DNA of 64,000 nucleotides from Camelus dromedarius (taxonomy: Eukaryota). The notes beneath the pieces are model-generated. The model worked only from the letters and a program-made list of their open reading frames with translations. It searched no databases and was not told where the DNA came from. The stretch spans positions 6,138,001-6,202,000 of the forward strand of contig NC_087462.1 in assembly GCF_036321535.1 (NCBI RefSeq), written 5' to 3'. Of the stretch, positions 35,548 to 48,149 are shown one piece after another. The first letter of the stretch is position 1. Each line of letters opens with the position of its first letter. The translations under genes and the position numbers were made by a program.

Positions 35548-38500
35548 GAGGTTGAAGCTGACGTTGCCGCGGAGCGCCGGGCGCCTGAAGAAGAACTGCC
35601 GCCGCTAGATCCAGAGGAGATCCGGAAACGCCTGGAACACACCGAGCGCCAGTTCCGTAACCGCCGCAAGATACTGATCCGGGGCCTCCCGGGGGACGTG
35701 ACCAACCAGGTATTGGGGGGGGGGGCCCGTGTGGGAGCGTGGCGGGAAATACCACCGTGCGCGTGCGCGGGGGTACCGGGCGACACCAACGCTGGCCTGC
35801 GGCGGGGGGCGTCGGTGGGTGAGTCCAAGCGCGGGATCCACGCGGGGTCGGGAGAGACCAAGGAGAGGGATGTGGGAGGTCGGAGATGGTGGGAGAAACC
35901 AACTTTGACCTGAGGGAAGACGTTGCTAGGGGCGACCACAGGCTTGGACGAAACCAAGTGATTGAAGGGGGCGGGGAATGGAAGGGGGCGGACAGCTTTG
36001 GCCATGTTGGGGGATTGTGAATGGGCAGCCAGATTGGAGCTGTGGGAACAGGGTCGCTATTTGCTCCCTTCTCTACCATGAGGTGGTGGGACTTCATATC
36101 CATAAGTTTCAGGATTGACTATAGAGTATGCCTTTCCATAGCAAGCATTTATTAACTCCTTCTAGAGGTAGATCCGGAAGTTGTAGCAGCTCCTGGGGTC
36201 TTTTTTCCCCAAAGCCCCAGGCTTAATTTGGAAAAATGGGATCTCTTGTTCCCATGCAGAAAAGGGGAAGGGCATTGTTCCATGGAGCCCCCCTTGGCTG
36301 ATCTGGCCAGGGGTTCCCTTCTCTTGGGGCCACATGGGCAGGGCTTCCCAGTGCTCTTTGGACCCAGGAAGATGGCATCTAATCTGCCCTGCCCTTCAGC
36401 AGTAGAATGGGTTCTTTCTCCCTGCTGCTGAGAATCTCTGCTCTCTGGCCCACCAGCACACCTGCCGCTGGTTCTCCCTGTCCTTGGGTGGTGGGCACAT
36501 GGTTGGTGGGGCACTAAGAGTGTGGGGAGGTGTGTGACTTGGGGACAGACCTGGGGCAGGCAACACTAAGCATGATCTGATTTGTTCCTAGAGCCAGCCA
36601 TCCTAGGGCCCACCATCTCTCAGCTGGGAACACGCTGTCTCTCCTGCAGGGTGCACAGTGTGTCTGGCACAAACAGGCCCCAGAGCCTCGCCCCCACAGC
36701 TGGCTTGCAAGAAGGCAGCCCTGTCAGTAGGAGGGAATTGGGAATCACGTGAAGCCACACAATGTGGGCTTATTAAGTACACAGGGTCTCCAGTCAGGTA
36801 CCCGCGGGTGGCATTCTCATTGCTTCCCTGACCAACTACATGACCTTTGACAGTTTCCTTCACCTCTCTGAGCCTCAGTTTCCTCATCTACAAAATGGGT
36901 TTGTTAATACTTGATTTGCAGGGTTGTTGGAAAGAGTCAGTCTTGCAAACCAAGGTTCTGATGGGTGAAACAACTTCACTGTGGGCGTACAGCAGAACCA
37001 AGACTTGAACTCAGTCCCACCTGACTCTCTAATAAGAGTATATTGTGTTGCTTAAAAGCATGGGATCTGCTGCTAAGCTCTAAATCACAGCTCTGCCAGG
37101 TGTGGCCTCAATGGCCTTGGGCAAGTAACTGCTGAGTTTGTAAAATGGGAATGGTAATTGACCTGGCTTCATAACTGGTCCGTGTGAAAATAGCACTGGG
37201 TTGCTCCCTTCAGCCCTTAGTGATTCCCTGTCCCTTGGCTTCTGTCTCCACAGGAAGTGCATGATCTGCTCAGCGACTATGAGCTCAAATACTGCTTTGT
37301 GGACAAATACAAAGGGACAGGTTTGTGGGACCATGGGGTGGGCTAGCGGCAGGGGATGACAGTCCTTGAAGCTGGGAGAGTCCTGGCCCAGTGTCTCCTG
37401 AACTTCAGGCCCAACATTCATCAGAGATGAAGGGGGCACGGACCAGATGGAAGCCAAGGGGTTGAAGGGGCACCGGTTGTTCTGGAGGACTTGTAGGAGA
37501 AGACCAGACAGGCCTGGGTGACTGGCCAGCTAGGGGGATGTCTTGTAAAAGGATGCCTAGTGCCCAGGTATCTACGGGGTAATCTGGAAGAGGAGCATCA
37601 AGGATGCCCCATGACGGGCACCCAAGATGAGGGACAAACTGGGGCAATAGTCTGTCCTGCACTGGGCCTAGGGGACATCTCTGCTGAAATGGCAGCTTCC
37701 CTCCAGCCTCTCTGCCTCCATGATTTCACTCCCCAGACTGCCTTCCCCTAGGCAACCAGCTTCGATCTGACTGCAAATCTGATCAATGCTGGTCCTAACC
37801 CTGATGATTCTTCTCTCTCCTCAAAACCTGTCTGAGGCTCCTCCTGATACTACCTTGGAAGGATGTGCCATCTCCTCAGGGGCCATAAGATTCCAGGCTA
37901 TTCCCTCTGCAACCATTCTTAGCTATGTCCTCTTCCATCCAGGTGGCATCAGGCAGCTCTTCACAGTGCCCTGAGTGCACCCCTCACCTCATAGCACTGA
38001 CCACCCTAGGCTATCACCGTGGGCTCAGTCACCCGCCTCCTGCACAGGGTGGTCAGCTCCACGAGAACCGGGACAGCACTCATCAGCCTCGGCCCCCCAC
38101 ATGGGAGGCTCGGGTAGTGGTTAAGATCTTGGGCCCTGGAGGCAAATGGACCTGGGTTTTTGTCGTGGTCTGTGCTCTTTGTGGCCATAGGCAGTGATTT
38201 CCCCTCCTGAGCTTTAGTTTTTTACACCAGCAAATTGGACATGGCCTGCTTCAGTTGACCATTTAGTAAATATGGGAAGAGCAGCAAGTCAGAGCTCCTT
38301 CCTGAGCACCAAGTATGTATATGTGCCAGGCACTGAGGATCCAGGGTTTAAGTGATACTTTTGTTCATATACAAATATTTATCATTCAAAAACAAATGTT
38401 TGTTGAGCACTTACTGTGTGCTGGGCACTGGGAACAGAGCTGTGAACCAAATGGAGATGTCTAGTCTGAGGAGGAGGTTATTCCAACAGCTGCAAACATG

Positions 38501-41500
38501 AAGGTGAGATGGCCATGAGACTAGAAGCTACAGGGCACTGTGGGAGCACAGAGCTGGGATCTGCAACAGAGCAGTTAGGGTAGGCTTTGTGGGGGAAGTG
38601 ATGTTTGCGGTCAGATTGGAGAGTGGGTTAGGATTAACCAAGTGAAGAGGTGGGAGTCAGTATTCCACATTCAGGGAAAAGCAGGTGCAAAGGCCCCAGG
38701 CCAAGTGTGTCTTCATAGTCCAGTAAGTGGCAAGAGATGAGAGAGGAGGTCAGCAAACCCACGAGGCCAGGCCACAGAGTTGCCACACTAGATGGGGGCG
38801 TGGCACCATATGGGCTGAGGCAAGGGATTGGATATGAGAGGTGTTGGTGGCCTGGAAAGGCGGTGGTGGGGAGCTTCAGAGCAGGGTTCTGGGCCCATTT
38901 CCTTGCTGGAAAAATAGTGGAGTAAGTTATTGTGAGGAGTAAGTTATTCCCATTTGACAGATGAGGAAACAGACCTCAAAGCCACTCGGGCTGGAGTTGA
39001 AACCCAGGCTCCAGTGGCGACATGCTTCACCACTACTCTGTGTGTCATCTGAAGTACGCATGTAGTTCTTAGGACAGGGCAAGGTGCACAGTAGGGGAGT
39101 GTTGTAGTGGGTTGCAAGGAGCAAGCCCCACGGAGGCAGGAGGCACTGGCTCTTGTCGCTCTAGGCTGGCAGCTGTTCCAGCTGGCTGCTGCCTGAGATG
39201 TCCCTGTTCGGTGTTGTGAGGTCACATGTGGTTTAGAGAGGGGTGGGAGCAGGCGGCCGTGGGGTGGGAGGGCCGGCCCTCAGGACCCCAGCTGACCGCC
39301 CGCTCTGCCCCGCCGCAGCCTTCGTGACCCTGCTGAATGGGGAGCAGGCCGAGGCCGCCATCAGCGCCTTCCACCAGAGCCGCCTGCGGGAGCGCGAGCT
39401 GTCGGTGCAGCTGCAGCCCACGGACGCCCTGCTGTGTGTGGCCAACCTGCCCCCTAGCCTCACACAGCAGCAGTTCGAGGAGCTGGTGCGGCCCTTCGGC
39501 AGCCTGGAGCGCTGCTTCCTGGTCTACAGCGAGCGCACTGGCCACTCCAAGGGCTACGGCTTTGCTGAGTACATGAAGAAGGACTCGGCCGCCCGTGCGA
39601 AGTCGGACCTGCTGGGCAAGCCACTGGGCCCGCGCACCCTCTACGTGCACTGGACAGACGCCGGGCAGCTGACGCCCGCCCTGCTCCACTCACGCTGCCT
39701 CTGTGTGGACCGCCTGCCGCCCGGCTTCAGCGATGTGGACGCCCTGCGCCGAGCGCTGTCGACCGTCCACACGCCCACCTTCTGCCAGGTGAGCCCTGTG
39801 CCCGGTGCAGAGACCTGGGGGAGCAGATACGAAGCCCAGAGCACCTCAGAGGGGCCCATTAGCTTCACCTGCCCTCTCTAATCTCCTGGGTCCCCTTTCA
39901 GGAAAGCAGCCACGGTGCCACTTTGAATGGGATTCTTGTTAGAAAGGCCACATAGTGCGGTGGGTGACAGCCCAGCCAGGAGCCAGATGGCTGGGTTTCA
40001 GATCCCTGCACTCCCTCTAGCGACTTGCTTAGCCTCACTGGCCTTAGTCTCCCCCCTGTAAAATGCAGGCGAAGCTGCCTTTGTGAAAAATGGCTGTGAG
40101 GCTCGCTCACCCCATTTGCATCCACCCAGGCGCTCATCAGGTATTTGTTGAGCCCCTCCTGGGCCCCAGGCCCCAGGCCTGGCATCAAGGAGGCTACTCC
40201 AGAGGAGCCCACAGTCCATTTAAGCCGTGAGGTGAGGAAGTTGGACTTGGCTGGATCCCAGCCCTGCTTTGTGGCCCCGGGCCAGACACTCACTCTCTGA
40301 GTCTTGGGTTCCCTCCTCTGGAAGAAGGGATTCCATACTCGTGCATTAGTTTGGCAAAACGATCCCTGGTTCATTCCAGTCGCGCTTTTCAGATGCTTCT
40401 GTGTGTGTACCTAGCCCGGTGACGGGCACAGTGGGGTGAGAATGGGCCAGGTCAGCTCTCAGGGAGCTCCCATGTGGTCTTGCCCCCAGACCCCAGGTGG
40501 ACAATTCCTTCAGGACTCACTGGGCTTACCTGCAGTCCAGCCATCGTGTAACGGCCTGGAGAGGCAGGTTTCAGCCCTGTTTTCAGGTGGAGACACTGAG
40601 GCACGGAGAGGTCAGTTGACATGGCCTGGGACATACAGCCAGGGTGTGACAGAGCCAGCACTGAAACACCGCAGCCTGGCCCCAGAGCCTGGAGGAGGCC
40701 GGTACCTGGGCTCAGACCCCAGCTCTGCGGCCTCTGTGGGTGTTGGTGCTGGTGAGTTGGACATCAGTAGGAATCCATCTCCTTGCTCACTACTGCCTCC
40801 ACTGCACGCCTACTGTGTGCCGGACACCGGGCGGGGCTCAGGAAACAGATGAGGTGGCTCCACAGCTTTATCCTCTTGAGTGGAGCTGGAGGACTGCGGG
40901 GCCACGGCCAGCACCAAGGTCCCTCTCTGCGCCTCGGTTGCCCCATCTCAGCATGGGTCTGGCAATGCTTTGTGATCATGTTCTGGAGAACAGCTGCTCA
41001 CTTATTCCTCCACTTAACATATTCTTCAGACATCTGTTGAGCACCTGTGGAGTCCCAGGCATTGAGGTGACCTCCTCCAAGGAGCCCAGTCACGCTGGGC
41101 ATCCTGGTTGAATGGAGGCAGGGCTCAGCAGTCAGGTGGGTAGAAGTTTGAGCCTTGGTCCCCATATTTGGGAGCCGCGTGGCCTTGGTTGCCCTTTGAC
41201 CCCTTTCTCTGTTCATCTGGAGGATGAGCATGGTTGTGAGAAGTACATCCAGACTTGGCATGGGGCCAGAGGTGAAGGTGAGGTGCTTGCTAGAGGTGGG
41301 CTGACGGCCTGAGCTGACCCACCGGGGCGCTCAGAGCAGGTGCTGGGCCGGGCCCATGGCCTCCCTCACTACTGCACCGGGAGCACGAGCCTCCCTGCCC
41401 CTGTTGAGCTCACTGTTGAATCCCCACAACCTCCCTGCCAGGGGCTCCCGTTGCTAGTCCCATCTTATAGATGAGGAAACTGAGGGCCACGGTGGGCACG

Positions 41501-44500
41501 TGCAGTGACCTGCTCAGGCCAGCCAGCCCATAACAACCTAGTCTGGTTCACTTTGCCATTTATTCACAGGCCAGTTTACATATATTAAGTGCTTCGTTTT
41601 ATTGCAGAGTTACTTTAAAATATTTGAATGCTACAGACATGTCTAAAGCAGATGACCCACGATGTGAGGTGTTATAAAAAGCTTTTTCAACTTTATTCAT
41701 TTTTATGAATGGGCAGTCCAGGCCTGTTTCGAAATTTAGCATGTCCACAAGGGTCAGCAGTGAAGGCTTCCTCCCAGCTCTGTGGTGCCTCTTTCAGTTT
41801 GTGTGTGTCCTTCCAGCGAAATTTTATCACCCATTTCGAACAAACATGTATATAAGTTCCCGCGTTCCTCTTTCCTTGACCCAAATGTGGCCATGCCTGT
41901 GTTGGTTTGGTTTTTCCATTTTACTTTGTCTTGGGCATCTTTCTGTGTTCAGAAATGAGAGCTTCTCATTCCTTTTGCGGCTGCGCCATATTCTATTTTA
42001 TGGACTCTATGTTACACCCTGCTGGCGGCATTGCATTGGTCTACCCCACACTGCAGCCGTCCATGTGACACTCAGGACCCAGGAGGAACAGCATTGGTTC
42101 TCAGGACAGCCATTGTCACCCTGAGGTGGACAGCCCTGTTCAGCTCCAGCTCTGTGGCCTTGGCAAGGGACTACCCCTCTCTGAGTCTCAGTTTCCTCAT
42201 CTGGAAAGTGGGTGTGCTGACGCCTGCCTCCAAGATTCAGTGAAACAGCGCCTGTGGCGACCCGGCCTGGGGGCATACAGGACCCAGCGGGTGATCTCAC
42301 CGTATCTGCTCACCCTGGGACAGCCCCTGCTGACCATTCCAGCACTTGCAGACACCCTGCAAACTAAGGTTTGTTCCCTGAGTTGGTGGCAGGCTTACTT
42401 GGCAGCAGAGCCTGAGCTGAACTGATGTGAGGTCATCTGTGGCCTTTGTCTTTGCATCTGGCTGCAGAGCTATTCATGTGCTTGACTTACAGGGAGCCCC
42501 GATCCCACTGGGGATGACTGATACGTAATGAATGTGCGGCATCCTCCCTTTCTCATCTCCACACAGTCCCAATCCTGGACTACATCCAGCCCCGGGGTCT
42601 GGATAAGGGGCTGTAAGGTCTGAAGTACCAAATTTGACTCCTAACAAGGAGGGGTGAAGTGGCTTCCTTGGCCTGCCTGTGACTACACCTCTGTTCCTGC
42701 CACTCACTGGCTCTGTGACCCCGCCCTCCAGCCCAGCACCACCAGCCTCGAACCCAAGCTCAGTGGCCACTTGCTGCACCACCAGGCTGTGTGCCCTTCC
42801 CAGTCCCGGCTGTGGCATCCTCGGCCCAAGGTTGGCAGCCAGGCCGAACTCCAGAGCCACCTGCTGCTTCTCCCGCCAACCCCTCCTCTTTGAGCCCTGC
42901 AGCCTGTGCTTGGGAATCCCAGGCAAAGTCCCAAAGTGGCGTTGGCATGAGGCCTGGGGAAGCTGACCCGTGTGAAGCAGGTCCCAGCTCTGCCCTCCCA
43001 CCGACAGTGTACCCTTGGGCATGCTGACCTTTCTGAGTCTCAGTTGCCCCCTCTTGAAATTGGGATGCAGCCTCCCAGGGCCATTCAGAAGATTAGATGA
43101 GCTAACACAGGAACCAGGCTTGGGACAGTGCAGAGCCCAGAATCTGTCCTCTCTAGGGGGACGCTTACATGATTGGGATCCTCATCTGGTCACAGCTGTT
43201 ACTTCCTGTGATGGTGGTCACTGTCCCCCAGGTGCTCATGACTGCCTCTCCCCCTGCCCCACAGTTGGCATACGGCCAGGATGGGCAGCTGAAGGGCTTC
43301 GCTGTACTGGAGTATGAGACGGCAGAGATGGCAGAGGAGGCGCAGCAGCGGGCAGACGGCCTGGCCCTGGGAGGCAGCCACCTGCGCGTCTCCTTCTGTG
43401 CGCCGGGGCCCCCTGGCCGCAGCATGCTGGCTGCACTCATTGCTGCCCAGGCCACGGTGAGTGTGCTGGAGGGAGGGGGCCCCAGCCGGTGGAGATGGGC
43501 CCTCCTCCCTGGAGAAATTGGGGCCCCCGTCTGGCACCCTCTGTGGCTAGGCCAGGTGCTAAGCTGCCCCTCTGTTCCTCTCCTCAGGCCCTGAATCGGG
43601 GCAAAGGGCTGCTGCCTGAGCCCAACATCCTGCAGCTGCTCAACAACCTGGGGCCTTCCGCCTCCCTCCAGCTGCTTCTCAACCCCCTGCTCCACGGCAG
43701 CGCTGGTGGCAAGCAGGGTAAGGCGAGCCGGGGCCAAGTGCTCTCTGAACAGGGCACCTCCCGGGACTTCCCATCTGGGTGATGAGTCAAGAACAAGGGC
43801 TGGAATGAGAGTGGTGCTCCTGGAGGAAGCTGGTGCCCTGAGCCCCTGGCATGGGGAGCAGAGCTGCCTGCAGTGAGGCAGGGTGGTGGCAGGAGGGACC
43901 GCCCCTCCCCAGAGGCTCATCTTCCATCTCCTGAGCCCTTTCTTTGGATACATCAGTTGCCCGCTCCGAGCTTCAATTTCCTGTTCTCAGCAGGCCTGGG
44001 GCTATATTTAATGGGTGTGGGGTGTCTCCATCCAGGGACCACCTCCCATCTTCTGGGTCTTCCCCTAGGCCTGCTGGGTGCCCCCCCGACCATGCCGCTG
44101 CTCAATGGGCCCGCTCTGTCCACGGCGCTGCTGCAGCTCGCCCTGCAGACCCAGAGTCAGAAGGTAACTGCAGGCCCAGAGGCCCCCGGCTCCCTCCCCA
44201 CTCACACATGTCCCACAGCCCCTCTGTTTCCTTTCTTGAACCTGCAGTGGGTGGCTGACCATTAGCAGGCTTGTGGGGCTTCGGGCTGGATCCCTGGGCC
44301 TGGCCTGTGGCAGGTGCTCAGGACTCAGGAAGTGAATCAGTCAAAGTCCAGGCTCCACAGTGGAGTAGAGTGGCCTCTTGCCCCCACCCCCGAGACACAC
44401 ACCGAGATACACACACACAGTTCGTTATACCACACACAGACCCACGCAGACACACACACTACCCCATCTGGTTTGATTCACTGGGGCCAGGTCAGTGGTG

Positions 44501-47500
44501 TGGATGTGACTGACAGTAACTGACAGAAGGTGAGGTTGTGGGCTTGGGCCCTTGTGTGGCTGAGAGTGATTCAGCCCACGTGTGGTGTTACTCACTGGGT
44601 GTCTGCAATCAACACGGTGTTGTGAGGGTTAGACACTGTGCTTCTTTGATAACAAGGGGGCTTGGGGTGGGGTGGTGGGTGCCGAAGAAGGACTGTCACT
44701 GTGTGTCTTCTGACAATGTGGGGTGACATGCTCCAACACTCTGTGCATTCATAATCTGTGTTCCCTGGGTCTCCCCAGCACCTCAAGCAGGCCCTGGGGT
44801 GTAGGAGGCCCTTCGTCACCACTGGCCAGGTGGGTGATGGCCGGTGTGTTGCAGACGTTGACACCTTTCATGTCTGCCTGTGGTTGGTTGTGGGCTGGAG
44901 TCTGGGTGTGCTGGGCATTGTGACCCACTGCCCTCATCTCCAGCTGATTGGGCTCTGTCCCTAGAAACCCGGGATCCTGGGAGACTCTCCTCTGGGCACC
45001 CTCCAGCCTGGGGCCCAGCCGGCCAACCCCCTCCTTGGGGAACTGTCTGCAGGTAATGCCTACCCCACTCTTCCCCCACCTCTGGGCCCTGTCCCACTTC
45101 CCTTTCCTGAGCCCCTTTCCTCACTAGGTGTGGTAAACTCCCAGCTGTGCAGCCTTGGGCAGGTGACCTAATCTCTCTGAGTCTCAGCGTCCTCACTTGT
45201 CCGTTGAGTGCCTAGGTGCCCACCTCCCGGAGAAGCCATGAGCATCCTGGGAGCTGATGCACTTAGAGGGCTCTCCTCTGTGTTCAGCATGTACTTGCCC
45301 TTTAGCTGCTGGACCTGGTCCACGTGGAGGCTCTAGGGCCCTGGGAGGATGTTCCTGTGTGGCTGGGCCACTGACACCTTCCCTCTCTCTGTAGGAGGGG
45401 GCCTGCCCCCAGAGCTGCCGCCCCGGCGAGGGAAGCCACCACCCCTGCTGCCGCCACTACTTGGCCCCTCTGGGGGTGACCGGGAAACCATGGGCCTAGG
45501 TCCCCCAGCACCCCAGCTCACTCCACCCCCTGCCCCTATGGGGCTTCGAGGTACTGGCCTCAGAGGCCTCCAGAAGGACAGTGGGCCGCTGCCAACGCCC
45601 CCTGGGGTAAGGCCCTACACTGCACCCAGCACCATTCCAGTCTTCTGCCCTGCGAGGTACCCCCTACCTGGGGCCCTCGTGAGTCTGGCCCTCTCACCAC
45701 AGGTCTCACTGCTGGGGGAACCCCCCAAGGACTNNNNNNNNNNNNNNNNNNNNNNNNNNNNNNNNNNNNNNNNNNNNNNNNNNNNNNNNNNNNNNNNNNN
45801 NNNNNNNNNNNNNNNNNNNNNNNNNNNNNNNNNNNNNNNNNNNNNNNNNNNNNNNNNNNNNNNNNCCCCAGCCCCCGGAAGTGGTGGCAGCAGCAAAGCC
45901 TTCCCGCTCAAGTCCCGCCTGCTCAGCCCCCTCACCAGCACCCGCCTGCCACCTGAACCAGGGCTGCCCGACAGTTATGGCTTTGACTACCCCTCGGTGA
46001 GTAACTGGCCGCCCTGTGGGGAGCCCTCCCAGGGACTAGCTGCTGTGGCCCTTTGTCCCCTGGGAGCAAGTCGTTGTCCAGACCGATATTTCTCTAGTAC
46101 TGGCTGCCAGGCAGGGCGCTAGGGAGACAGCGGGGAACGTGTCAGACACGGTTGCTGCCCTTAAGTCTCTGTCTGTCTCTCTGCATCAGACCCTGCTTCC
46201 TGTCAGTTGTCTTTCTCTCCTGAGAGGCCTTAGGCCACACTTCTGCTTCCCCTTAGAGACAGGGTTCAGCCTCCTTTCTGTCTCTCTGTCTTCCTCCCTG
46301 CTCTCCCCTCTGCGATTCCTGTCCCTGTCCCTGCAGAGCTGCTCCTTCTGTGATTCCAGCTTCCTCTAGGTCAGAGATTGCAGCCTCGCCACCTGTATTA
46401 CGTTTGGCCCAAACTAGATTAAGGAAAAAAAAAACGAATAGAAGCCAGTGCCAACATACAGAACCTGCAAGAGTTTGCACAACCTAGATGCCCAGCTTGC
46501 CTCGAAAACTCCAAACCCTTGGCCCCATCGGGGCCACACACCTTCACAGCAGTCATCTCTGGGGCTGAGGTGCAGCCACCCCCTGGGATGGGGCACCTAT
46601 TCTGTCTCATTGCCCGACCCTGCAGGCTGAGTGGGCTCTTATGCACTGTGTCTATTGGAGGGGGCTGACTTCCCTGATGACAACTGTGCTGTGGAATTGA
46701 GTCAGGGGTGAAGTTGGTTACCGACCCCAACCCAACATGCTGCTTCTCCCACTTTCATTCAGGATGTGGGACCTCGACGGCTCTTCTCCCACCCACGGGA
46801 GCCAACCCTAGGGCCTCACGGACCCAGCCGACACAAAGTAATTGCTGCCCTGTCCATCCCACCACCTGAGTGTTAGCTTTTGCTGCATAACAAGCAGTCC
46901 CATTACTTCATGGCTTGGAACAGCAAACATTTGATTGTTTCTCATCATTCTGTGGGGTGGTGGGTGGGTGGTTGTCTGCAGTCACCTGGCAGTTCAGCTG
47001 CAGCTCAGTGGTCCATGGTGGCTTCTTTCATTTGTCTGGTGGTCAGTAGGCTGGTGAAGGGGCCTCGGCTGCAAGGACTTACCTGCTCCATATGGGGCTT
47101 ATCCTCCAGCAGGCCAACCTGTGCTCCTGCATGTGGTGGTGGTTCCAGAGGTCCCTGGAGGAGGAAGGGAGGGTGGACCCCTCTGCTGGCATTGTCATAC
47201 TCCTATCCCATTGGTCAAAGCCTGGAATTGTTTGGGGATCTATGAAAGGAGATAGTACTGCAGCGATCCATCTTACTCAGCCAGCTCTCTCTCTGCAGAT
47301 GTCCCCCCCACCCAGTGGCTTTGGCGAACGGGGTGGCGGAGGTGGCGGCGGGCCGCTCTCCCACTTCTATTCGGGCTCACCCACCTCCTACTTCACTAGC
47401 GGCCTGCAGGCTGGCCTCAAGCAGAGCCACCTTAACAAGGTGAGGAGCCTCCCCAGCCCACTGCAGGTCCTCAGGGACAGCCAAGATGCAGGGGGCCCCT

Positions 47501-48149
47501 GTGACCCTTAATGCCTAGGTCAAGGCTGGGGTGGTGGCAGGGGTCAGTCTGCTCAGGGCTGGGCTGAAACTAGCCATCTTCCCCTCCCCAAGCCTGTGTG
47601 TCTCACACCGTGTATTGCCCAGCCTTCCTGGCCTCTTACATCCTCCCACAACAGCCCTGGGTGTGGATGGAATTAGCCCAGTCCACAGATGAAGAAACTG
47701 AGGCCCAGAGAGATGAATTAATATCATAGCTAGTAAGAGGCAGAGGCAAGGTTTGAACCTGAAACCCTTGCCTCTGCTCTGGGGACTGCTTCCTCTCCCA
47801 TCCCATGTCTCTCCCATTTCTCCCAGGTGGTCGGCTCCTCCCCTCTGAGCTCTGGAGAAGGGCTCCTGGGCCTTGGCCCTGGGCCCAATGGCCACAGCCA
47901 CTTGCTGAAGGTATGGGCAGGGGGTGGGGACATGCAACGCTGGGGAGCCATGGCCCCTGGGTGGCCCCTGACCCATTGCCACTCCTTCCCCTTTGTCTCC
48001 AGACCCCGCTGGGTGGCCAGAAACGCAGCTTCGCCCACCTGTTGCCCTCACCTGAGCCAAGCCCAGAAGGCAGCTACGTGGGTCAGCACTCCCAGGGCCT
48101 TGGCGGCCACTACGCAGATTCCTACCTGAAGCGCAAGAGGATTTTCTAA
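35548..48149 (+). CDS. RAVER1: Ribonucleoprotein PTB-binding 1 (3 RRMs, four PRI motifs, C-terminal NLS); 5'-partial because the ATG lies in gap 35408-35547
   Basis: Exons <35548-35709, 37254-37320, 39319-39788, 43265-43456, 43588-43717, 44069-44163, 44965-45052, 45395-45606, 45703-45996 (contains gap), 46763-46837, 47299-47439, 47827-47910, 48003-48149. PRI motifs [21 protein letters not shown] and GLLGLGP are all present. Ends YLKRKRIF*. Confidence 0.97.
38380..38900 (-). mobile_element. L2 3' fragment in RAVER1 intron 2
   Basis: TGTTGAGCACTTACTGTGTGCTGGGCACTG...GCAAAGGCCCCAGG. Confidence 0.55.
45734..45865. other. Assembly gap (132 N) inside RAVER1 exon 9
   Basis: N run; reading frame is preserved across it. 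Confidence 1.
46871..47230. mobile_element. Old MaLR LTR (MLT1F/H-like) in RAVER1 intron 10
   Basis: TGTTAGCTTTTGCTGCATAACAA...TTTCTCATCATTCTGTGGG...CCATTGGTCAAAGC. Confidence 0.55.

Noticed and set aside
38919-38948. 17-nt tandem duplication GGAGTAAGTTATTGTGA
   Set aside because: Slippage at a MIR/L2 junction; no functional hint.
34851-39319. In-frame ICAM3 exon 6 to RAVER1 exon 3 chimera (both phase 1)
   Set aside because: Requires skipping a strong poly(A) site and three exons; phase match alone has about a one-in-three chance.
44108-44130. REST/RE1-like motif on the minus strand in RAVER1 exon 6, and a right half-site GGACAGCGCC at 53189
   Set aside because: Several mismatches at informative positions, and explained by coding sequence; a lone half-site is expected by chance.
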